A DNA stretch of 64,000 nt from Candidatus Doudnabacteria bacterium RIFCSPHIGHO2_12_FULL_48_16 (GTDB lineage: Bacteria; Patescibacteriota; Doudnabacteria; UBA920; O2-02-FULL-48-8), in assembly GCA_001780035.1 (NCBI GenBank), contig MFEY01000004.1, positions 81,405 to 145,404 on the forward strand, given 5' to 3'. Made by a program: the position numbers and the translations under genes. The notes beneath the pieces were generated by a model, which saw only the letters and a program-made list of their open reading frames with translations, was not told the origin of the DNA and made no database searches. This document shows, piece by piece, positions 54,484 to 62,700 of the stretch (position 1 is its first letter; each line of letters opens with the position of its first letter).

Positions 54484-54999
54484 ATAGCATTTAGAACTCG
54501 CATCAACAATCAAATAAGAGTCCCGGAGGTCCGCTTGATCGATGACCAAGGCAAAATGCTTGGGATCATGAAGATCGAAGAGGCAATGGCTTTAGCCAAA
54601 GAGCGCGAAGTCGATTTGGTTGAGGTCTCCCCCACGGCCAAGCCGCCGGTGGTCAAGCTTCTGGACTACGACAAATACCGCTATCAGCAGGAAAAAGCGG
54701 CGCAAGAAGCCCGAAAAAAAGTAAAAAAGGTTATGGTCAAAGGGATCCGGCTTTCCGTCCGCATCGGTGACCACGATCTGGTGTTCAAAGCCAAGAAAAC
54801 CTCGGAGTTTCTGGCCGAAGGCCATAAAATCAAGGTTGATGTGGTTATGCGCGGCCGCGAACAGGCCCACCCGGAATTGGCTTTCAATCTCATGAAGCGG
54901 TTTCAGGAAACTATCACCACTCCCTTTGTCAAAGAAACTGGCCCGTCCCGCATGGGGGGAACTATAAGTATAATCATAGCTCCCTCAAGCAAATCCTAA
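54484..54999 (+). CDS. infC: translation initiation factor IF-3, probably with a non-AUG (ATA/ATT-class or TTG) start
   Basis: The in-frame upstream extension ...INNQIRVPEVRLIDDQG matches the IF-3 N-terminus. No ATG is available; the ORF caller used TTG at 54535. A TATAAT box lies at 54454-54459. Confidence 0.75.
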   Translation: MAFRTRINNQIRVPEVRLIDDQGKMLGIMKIEEAMALAKEREVDLVEVSPTAKPPVVKLLDYDKYRYQQEKAAQEARKKVKKVMVKGIRLSVRIGDHDLVFKAKKTSEFLAEGHKIKVDVVMRGREQAHPELAFNLMKRFQETITTPFVKETGPSRMGGTISIIIAPSSKS

Positions 55000-55074
55000 T
55001 GATTCGAATTAGGAATCAGGAATTAGGAATAACGGGGCCCTAATTCATAATTCATTATTCATAATTCCTTTTAC

Positions 55075-55260
55075 ATGCAAAAGACGAACAAGCGAATCAG
55101 CAAAACTTTTTGGAAAACCGGATCCGGCAAGCTTATGCGCCGCAAGTCTGGCCAAGCCCATTTCAACTCCCGCGAACGCGGCAACACCACCAGCAATAAG
55201 CGCCGCGATTTGGCGGTCTCCAAGGCCGACCGCAGAATTTCATTAGTAATGGGTAAGTAA
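55075..55260 (+). CDS. rpmI: 50S ribosomal protein L35
   Basis: A basic 61-aa protein (MQKTNKRISKTFWKTGSGKLMRRK...) following infC. Confidence 0.85.
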   Translation: MQKTNKRISKTFWKTGSGKLMRRKSGQAHFNSRERGNTTSNKRRDLAVSKADRRISLVMGK

Positions 55261-55334
55261 AGATTAAAAATTGCGGATTACGCATTACGGATTAATTCGT
55301 AATCCGAAATCCGTAATTAACTAATTAAACAATT

Positions 55335-55679
55335 ATGACCAGAGTCAAACGCGGCGTTGCCGCCCACAAGCGACGCAAATATTTTCTCAAACGCACCAAA
55401 GGGTTTACCAACCGCCGGTCCACCAACGCAATCGCGGCCAAGGAAGCCTTGCTGCATGCTGATTCTTACACCTATGCCCACCGCCGGCTGCGCAAGCGGG
55501 ATTTAAGAAAACTCTGGACGATCCGGACCAATGCCGCCAGCCGCGAACACGGCATGACGTTCAGCAAGCTGATGGGCAGCCTGCGCAAGCAGCAAATCGG
55601 CATCAACAAAAAAATGCTGGCCGAGCTAGCCGTCCGCCACCCGGAAGTGTTTGAAAAAATCGTCGCTTCGGTTAAGTAA
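55335..55679 (+). CDS. rplT: 50S ribosomal protein L20
   Basis: MTRVKRGVAAHKRRKYFLKRTKGF...LRKLWTIRTNAA. Confidence 0.9.
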   Translation: MTRVKRGVAAHKRRKYFLKRTKGFTNRRSTNAIAAKEALLHADSYTYAHRRLRKRDLRKLWTIRTNAASREHGMTFSKLMGSLRKQQIGINKKMLAELAVRHPEVFEKIVASVK

Positions 55680-55687
55680 GCTTGGAG

Positions 55688-55813
55688 TATAACTCCCCCG
55701 CTGACTCCTTTATGACGCACCCCCTCTTATATTAAGAGGGGGTTTTAAAAAACCTGTCTTTCCTCCCCTTAAAATAAGGGGAGGTGGCGCGTTAGCGCCG
55801 GAGGGGTTAATAT
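55688..55813. repeat. TIR-flanked double-hairpin element, family A variant (loops TAT/AAAA, extra GCGCGTTAGCGCC hairpin). It doubles as the rplT terminator.
   Basis: CCCCCTCTTAtatTAAGAGGGGG is followed by TTTTAAAAAA. Confidence 0.65.
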
Positions 55814-55819
55814 ATAGGC

Positions 55820-56518
55820 ATGTCAACAAAACTTAAATCTATCACTAAAGGCTCTCAAATTATGGATCAAATTTTTTGGGAGCTTTTAAAATTGCTAAAC
55901 AGCGGTCAGCCAGCCACTGAATTAAGCCTGGCGCAGTTTATTAAAAAACGAGCCAAACAATTGGGCGCCTCGGGCTTGGCCTTCCCGCCAATTGTCTCCT
56001 TTGGCCCGAACTCGGCGGAGATTCATCATAAGCCCAACAAAACGCGCATTGGGAAAAACAATTTCTTAATGCTGGATTATGGCGTTAAGGTTAACGGTTA
56101 CTGCTCGGATTTCACCCGGACTTTGTTCCTGGGCAGGCCGCAAAAAATCCACGAAAAAATTTATAACACGGTTCTGAGAGCGCAGTTAGCAGGCTTAAAA
56201 CTGGTAAAACCCGAGGCTGAGTGTTTCCGGATTGATCTGGCCGCCCGAGAAGTAATAATTGAGGCCGGTTTTGGCCGGCATTATAACCACCATACCGGAC
56301 ATGCCGTTGGTAAAAAAATCCATGAACCCCCGAGCTTCTCGGCGACATCTCCCTCCACGCTCTCCGCTTCCCGCTCCCCCCTCATTATGACTGTCGAGCC
56401 TGGTATTTACCTGCCCGGCAGGTTTGGCGTCAGAATCGAGGATATGGTTTTAGTTTCAAACAAGCCCAAGATATTTTCCAAAGTGCCGAAAGATTTTAAA
56501 TCGATGATAGTGGCTTAG
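55820..56518 (+). CDS. M24-family metallopeptidase (aminopeptidase P / methionine-aminopeptidase-like catalytic domain)
   Basis: LDYGVKVNGYCSDFTRT...HHTGHAVG...EPGIY...RIEDMVLV carries pita-bread fold metal ligands. There is an S/P-rich insert (SFSATSPSTLSASRSP). Confidence 0.6.
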   Translation: MSTKLKSITKGSQIMDQIFWELLKLLNSGQPATELSLAQFIKKRAKQLGASGLAFPPIVSFGPNSAEIHHKPNKTRIGKNNFLMLDYGVKVNGYCSDFTRTLFLGRPQKIHEKIYNTVLRAQLAGLKLVKPEAECFRIDLAAREVIIEAGFGRHYNHHTGHAVGKKIHEPPSFSATSPSTLSASRSPLIMTVEPGIYLPGRFGVRIEDMVLVSNKPKIFSKVPKDFKSMIVA

Positions 56519-56521
56519 ATA

Positions 56522-56630
56522 TATAACTCCCCCGCAAACGCTTGATCTAACGCACCCCCTCTTACATTAAGAGGGGGTAAGATAGCAGTTGCTCCTCCCC
56601 TTAATGTAAGGGGAGGCTGGGAGGGGTTAT
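56522..56630. repeat. TIR-flanked double-hairpin element, family A copy 4
   Basis: Same architecture as the other family A copies. Confidence 0.7.
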
Positions 56631-56709
56631 TTTCCAACCAACCGAAAACCGCCTGGGCTTTTCCCGAGGCGGTTTTCGTAATTCCTAATTCGTACTTCGT
56701 AATTCGATT

Positions 56710-59160
56710 CTATTTCACTCCCGCGATAACCTGGTCGATATCGGCGGTATCTTGCTTGTTGGCGACCAGAATTTCTCGCACTTTTTCGAATGCGCTAAGC
56801 GCCTTGGCCTTATCCCCTTTTTGCTGATACGCTAGCCCGAGGCTGTAGTGAGCATTGGCGTATTCGGCATTCAAAGCCACCACTTTCTGGAAAATTCCGA
56901 TAGCTTCATCGTAATTTTTCTGATTGTAGGTGAGGCGACCTTGTTCAAACAAGACGTCCGGGTTAGTCGGGAACAGCCCGGCGGCTTCATCCATTTTCTT
57001 TTTGGCTTCCTCGGCTCTTTGGTCGGCTTCCAAAACGCGCGAGAGCTGGATGTAGAATTCCGGCAGATCATTTTTCAGTTCTATCGCCTTATTTAGCTCG
57101 GCCACCGAATGCTTGATCATTTCCGGATCGATTTTGGTCGGCTGATTGCCATTGGCGTCCGGCTCTTTGGAACTATCAGCCACATTGGCGGCGCCAAAGT
57201 AAGCCTGGCCCAATTGATAGTGCAGCGCCGGATTGTTGGGATCATGCTCAATCGCCGATTTGAGCGAACTAATGACATATTGATCGGCGCCGGCAGCCAA
57301 GGGCTTGATGTCGGCGTAAAACTGCGCCAAGGCCTGCCAGTTGGATGCTTTGGCCGGAGAAATCTGCACGGCCAGTTGGCCGGCTTTGATCAATTCGCTC
57401 ATTAGATTCTGGATTAGATTGGCGTCCGGTTTGGGCTTAGACCCTTCTTCCTGGGCGCGCAAGATTATGCTTTGACCGTAAGTCAGATAATAGACGTCCC
57501 GGTAAGGATTCAGACTGATGGCGCGGGCGAACTGGTTGGAGAGCGCCGTCGGGTCCGGTTTTTCCCGGTTAGCTTGCTTGATGCCGGTGGCGTAGGCGAC
57601 TTCTCCGCCATAAATCGTGGCTTCAAAGAACGCTCCGATCAGAATGGCCGCCAGCAAGAGGAGGGAAACGAACATCCACGATAGCGCAGCGCGAGGCGAC
57701 GATGACATGGACATGGGCGATGATTCCAATTCGCTTTCTTCCCCGCTCATGTGAGCCATAGCCATAAAGACGCCGAGCGAGAGCCAGTAAAGGAAATAAA
57801 ACGTCGCGTTGAAAAAATAGAAGAAGTGAGCGATATAAAGCGCGAGCCAGACGACGAAAAAGCCAAAAGCGTGCTTCCAGCCGACATGCTCGGCTTTTTT
57901 GAGCAAGAAATACAACCCATAAACCAGGAACAGTAGGCTTAAGAGCTCGAACACCAGCAGGCCCAAAATGCCGGTTTCAATGGCGATATTGCCGATCTCG
58001 GACGACGCCCGGTCAAAATTCAGGCTCCAGACAATCGTCTTGTTCAGTTCCGGCGGTTTGATCTGACCAAAAACAATTCCGGTGGTGCCAGGGCCCGAGC
58101 CGAGGATCGCGCTTTTGGCCCCTTCTTTCATGGAGTTGCCAACCAGGGTCCAAGTGGTGGAATTGGATAACTGCACTTCCACCGGCAGGTCAATGTTGAC
58201 CAGGTTGCGGGGGTTAACGGCCGCCGGCAAAAATTGGAACGAAATGAACAAAACGCTGATGACCAGCATGACCATGGGTTTCCAAAACCAGGTCGGCGAG
58301 GATTGATGCTCCCCCTGGATTGCCATGGAGATGGCGAGGAACGCGACCATAGCCAGGCCCAAGACCAGCCAGGCGACAAAGGCGTTGATCAAAAACAAAA
58401 TTGCCAGAGAGACCAAGGTCAGCAGCCACAACATGGCGGTTTTGACCCGGCCCCGGCTGCTACCCATGAAGAACATCCATTGGACAAACACGACAGAGAC
58501 CGCGCTAAAGATCGCCAAACCCACCTGGCTGCCGATGGGATTGAATCCGCGGTTATGGGTAAAGGCCGCTGGCAGAAGATAAATCCCCAACAGCTGGAAC
58601 AAACTGTATACCAAAACGATGCCGGAGCCGAGCAAAAAATAGTTGGTGAGCCGTTTGATTGTCTGTTCCCGTTTCAAGTTGTTGACGATCACGAAGTAAA
58701 ACAAGACCAGGCTGAGGACAGAAATGAAACTACCGGAAAACCGGCCATAATAGCCCAGAAAAGACGAGACCTTATCAATCGACATCAGGCTGGTGAGCAG
58801 GTAAACGCCCAGGTAGGCCAAGAGGATATAATCAAGCGACGTTTTGACCCAGGAGACAGACCGGGTAGTTAAAATTTTAATGACCCAGACAGCCAGCATA
58901 AGGACGACGCCGAAAAAGATCAAGGTCAGTTTGTTGAAGTCGCGGACTTCGGTGGTTAAGGAAGTAAACAGCACCGGCACCAGCAGAACCAAGGCATAGA
59001 GACAGAAATTAATGATCTTGTGGAACCGCGAAAAATCCACAGTCTGGGCGGCCGCCGCCGCATGGCCGGAAGCATGCTGAACCAGGTTGTGGTGGTCAGC
59101 GGCTGGCCCGCCTAGACTCGCGCTAGGCGAGGCTGGTTTGCGCTTCATAAAATCGAGCAT
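56710..59160 (-). CDS. O-antigen ligase/polymerase-like polytopic membrane protein with a C-terminal TPR domain
   Basis: A Wzy_C-like domain of about 12 TM helices, followed by TPR repeats (YHLGQAYFGAAN..., AHYSLGLAYQQKGDKAKA). Confidence 0.55.
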   Translation of the reverse strand: MLDFMKRKPASPSASLGGPAADHHNLVQHASGHAAAAAQTVDFSRFHKIINFCLYALVLLVPVLFTSLTTEVRDFNKLTLIFFGVVLMLAVWVIKILTTRSVSWVKTSLDYILLAYLGVYLLTSLMSIDKVSSFLGYYGRFSGSFISVLSLVLFYFVIVNNLKREQTIKRLTNYFLLGSGIVLVYSLFQLLGIYLLPAAFTHNRGFNPIGSQVGLAIFSAVSVVFVQWMFFMGSSRGRVKTAMLWLLTLVSLAILFLINAFVAWLVLGLAMVAFLAISMAIQGEHQSSPTWFWKPMVMLVISVLFISFQFLPAAVNPRNLVNIDLPVEVQLSNSTTWTLVGNSMKEGAKSAILGSGPGTTGIVFGQIKPPELNKTIVWSLNFDRASSEIGNIAIETGILGLLVFELLSLLFLVYGLYFLLKKAEHVGWKHAFGFFVVWLALYIAHFFYFFNATFYFLYWLSLGVFMAMAHMSGEESELESSPMSMSSSPRAALSWMFVSLLLLAAILIGAFFEATIYGGEVAYATGIKQANREKPDPTALSNQFARAISLNPYRDVYYLTYGQSIILRAQEEGSKPKPDANLIQNLMSELIKAGQLAVQISPAKASNWQALAQFYADIKPLAAGADQYVISSLKSAIEHDPNNPALHYQLGQAYFGAANVADSSKEPDANGNQPTKIDPEMIKHSVAELNKAIELKNDLPEFYIQLSRVLEADQRAEEAKKKMDEAAGLFPTNPDVLFEQGRLTYNQKNYDEAIGIFQKVVALNAEYANAHYSLGLAYQQKGDKAKALSAFEKVREILVANKQDTADIDQVIAGVK

Positions 59161-59177
59161 TTGGTTTGGTTTTCTTC

Positions 59178-59228
59178 ATCTTAGAACTCCCCTCTCCCGC
59201 TCCGGGAGAGGGGCCGGGGGTGAGGGTA
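59178..59228. repeat. GC-rich hairpin element, family D copy 2
   Basis: TTAGAACTCCCCTCTCCC-gctcc-GGGAGAGGGGCCGGGGGTGAGGGT. It is a paralog of 11209-11258. Confidence 0.6.
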
Positions 59229-59306
59229 ATCTAAAATTTAATATTTTTAATAGTTATTAACAGCTATTTCTCCCCAATAATAGCAAATTTTAATAGATTT
59301 GGGAAT

Positions 59307-59790
59307 TATAACTCCCCCGCTAACCCTCAGCTGAGGCACCCCCTCTTACATTAAGAGGGGGTGAACTGCAGATTAATTCTTTGGGCAGTATTCTAAGATT
59401 TTGTCGTATATCCCGTCGATATTTTCTATTACCTCATTATTCCAAAATCTTAATTCTCTAATATCGTTAGCTAATAAATAAGCCGTTCTTTCCTGATCAT
59501 ATTCTTTTTGTTCATCAGCGTGCTGACCTCCATCTAACTCAATGGCTAACCTCAATTCGGGACAATAAAAATCGAGAATATAATACCCGACGCTATATTG
59601 CCTTAAAAATTTATAGTCATTGCATTGTTTATTTCTTAGTACCTTCCAAAGTAACGATTCACAATCAGTTTGATTTTTTCTTAACTGCTGTCTTCGTGAT
59701 TTAATTTTCGGGTTGTTATATATTAGCTTCATCTTTGCGTTAGATGGCAGTTAACCCTCCCTTAATGTAAGGGAGGGTTAGGGTGGGTTA
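59307..59790. mobile_element. Family A element split by a DUF559 gene: a roughly 484-bp putative full-length copy of the family A double-hairpin element
   Basis: The left half is TATAACTCCCCCGC...GCACCCCCTCTTAcatTAAGAGGGGGT (59307-59362). The DUF559 gene lies at 59373-59732. The right half is AACCCTCCCTTAatgTAAGGGAGGGTTAGGGTGGGTTAT (59751-59790). Confidence 0.5.
59373..59732 (-). CDS. DUF559 endonuclease-domain protein
   Basis: LRKNQTDCESLLWKVLRNKQCNDYKFLRQYSVGYYILDFYC...IELDGGQHADEQ. It is a paralog of 53322-53669. Confidence 0.65.
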   Translation of the reverse strand: MKLIYNNPKIKSRRQQLRKNQTDCESLLWKVLRNKQCNDYKFLRQYSVGYYILDFYCPELRLAIELDGGQHADEQKEYDQERTAYLLANDIRELRFWNNEVIENIDGIYDKILEYCPKN

Positions 59791-59792
59791 TT

Positions 59793-62700
59793 TTACGGTG
59801 CTACTGGCTCCCCTGCCTCGCCAGCAGGCAGGTCGGCCGGCGGTGGGGTACCAGAATCAGCTGATGGGGTCACATCTTCTCCGCTTGGCAACTCTGAACT
59901 GGTTTCAGAGTCCCCGGTTTGAGATCCTGCCTGCCCGCCGGCTTGTCCGTCCGTAGTTTCAACGGAGGCGGAAGCGTCAGATGAAGGCTGGGATTCCTCT
60001 ACCGGCGGCTCTTCTGCAGGCGGAGTTTCTTCTCCCCCGCTCGTGCTGTCCCCGGAAACTGTTCCCTGTTCGCTGTTATCTGTCGTCTGACTATTCAAGC
60101 CCGCGTTCTGCAACAGCGTCTGCAACTGATTCTTGTCGATACAAACATCTTCCAGGCAGAGCCGCACGGCCACGATGGTGCCGTCCTCGCCAATGCTCCA
60201 CTTTCCTTGCAAGCCGGCAATGGATTTGACGTTGACGAACGCATGGCCGTTGCCGTCCAGATCCTGGGCCAGACTGATTAGCTGGCCGGAGAGATCCTGC
60301 GCCACATCGATATGCTGATAGCCGAGATTAACAAAAACCAAAACTGAATCTAATCCTTCTGTGCCACCCTGTGAATCTTCCAAAGCAATACCAATGGATT
60401 GGCCCGATTCGGTCATCTTGGCGGCGTATCCTGGCAATTGACTGGAAACAGTCAGCCGATCACCGGCATGGATCTGGCCGTTTTCTTCGGAAACCTTCAC
60501 CGGCACGCGACCAACTAAGGCCACGGGTTTTTGCAGGGCAAGTTTCCCCGGATTTTTCCAATCATAATTCATGACCGGACCCGGGGCCGTGGAAATTACC
60601 CCGATAAGCGTATGAGCGCCGGTGGCTGGGGCCACGGCAAAGCCATCGTCATTCGAGCTGGTGGCCACCATTTCCACAACCTCCCCGGGCTGGGGCGAGC
60701 CTTGGGTGTAATACATTTCGGCGACGTCGGCGGGAGTGGAATAGACATTGGCATCAGAATAGACTGAGCCGTCAGCCGTGATCTTAAAGTGCACAGTATC
60801 CACCCCGGAACCGACCGTGGAATCGGATTCAATGGAGAAGACGGATTGGGCGTCCGTGGATTCTTCAGTATTGATGTAGATACCTTCCAGGTTAGCGGCA
60901 TCGGTTTGGTTAATGACTAATTTACCGGTAGTCGGGCTGGTTTCCCCAATCCCGACGTTGCCGGCGCCTGTAATATGCATCGCTTCTGTTAGAACTCCCG
61001 CGTTATATGTCCGCAATCGCAATGCCGTCGTGCCTGAACTGTCCGAACGACGAGCTTGTAGGTAAGTGATATCACCTCCGGAAATAGGTACCATGTAGAT
61101 ATTGCCTACGGCATAGAATGCGCCGCTAGCGTTAGTGCCACTATCCGCTAACCAAATATCCCCGGAGCTATCAACATCTAATTTCCCCCTAGGGCTCGTG
61201 CTCCCGATGCCGACATTGCCGCCTAAGAAGGCCGCGGCGTAGTTGGCGCCAGCCCCGGTCGGAGTATTCACAGTTAAGCCATAGGCATTAGTCGCGGTCG
61301 AGACAGCGGTGACAGGAACTAAAATACCATGCGAGTTTGTAATGGCTACATTTGTGGACTTGATGGGGTTGGCTACGATTAAGCCTGCGGCATCAGTTAC
61401 GGTCTGGTTGGCATTGGTGCCGACCAGAGTCATGGCACCAATCTGGGCGCCGTAGAAAGTAGCGTAAGTGGTAGGGTCAGCGCCGGAAAGAGTAACTGTG
61501 TGGGCTCTTTGAGTGATACCGGAGACTCCCGCGGCGGCAAAGGTGCCAGTGGAGAGAATATCCAGCTTGGATGCGGGAGCAGTGGTGCCAATGCCGACGT
61601 TGCCGCCATTTAAGATTGTAAGGACTCCACTGCCTGCTCCGGAAGTGCCCAAACGCAAATTATTTCCAGTGGCGGCGTTTACGTCAGTATTTGTGCCGTC
61701 CACTGTGATACTAAACCTTGTGGCAGCTGTAGCGGCAGCGCCAATTCTGAATGCTTCACCTGTGACATCCGCACCCAGAGATAGGTGTAATTTAGTGCCT
61801 GGAGTCGTCGTCCCGATGCCGACGAGGCCGGCGGAATCGATTGTCATCCGCGTGCCCGTACCAGCAGCGCCGTCAGTCTGGAACAAAAGTTTGGAATAAG
61901 CGCTTGTGGCATGATCGTATTGTGCCACAATACCGGCTTCTATTGAGCTGGCTCCCATCAATGAAATCTTGGCGTAATCAGTATTGGCGGCTTGGGTTAC
62001 CAAACCTTGAGTTCGACTGACCGCACGAGTGGTGGTGGAAGATGAATATACGTGCAATAATTGAGCTGGATTCGTCGTCCCGATGCCGACGTTGCCCCCT
62101 AAGAACGCCGCCGCATAGTTGTTGGTAGCGCCAGTGGAAGCATTTACTGTCAGGCCGTAAGAATTAGTGGCGGTAGAAACAGCAGTAGCGGGAATCAAAA
62201 TTCCGTGAGTATTGGTAAGAGCCACATTCGTAGATTTAATCGGGTTGGCTACAATTAGTCCGGCCGCATCTGTGACGGTCTGGTTGATATTAGTGCCTAC
62301 TAAGGTCACAGCACCAATCTGGGCGCCGTAGAAAGTGGCGTAAGTAGTTGGGTCTGCGCCGGAGAGAGTGATGGTGTGGGCTCGCTGTGTAATTCCAGAA
62401 ACGCCGGCTGCGGCAAAGGTACCGGTGGAAAGAATATCCAGCTTGGAGGCGGGAACGCTAGTCCCAATGCCGACGTTGCCACTTGGAACAATGAAATTTT
62501 CTGTGTCCCGAGGAACCTGCCAAATATTGTGATAAACACTTGAGTAATATGTACGGAATAAAACATCGTCTGTTCCACCTGCTCCATCAATGAGGATTTC
62601 AGCATAGTTATTGTCAGCTCCACCAAGTGTCGAGCCTTGTCTCCAGGCTATACGCGGACTACCACCAGCTACGTCAGAAGATGAAATGATGCCGACTACG

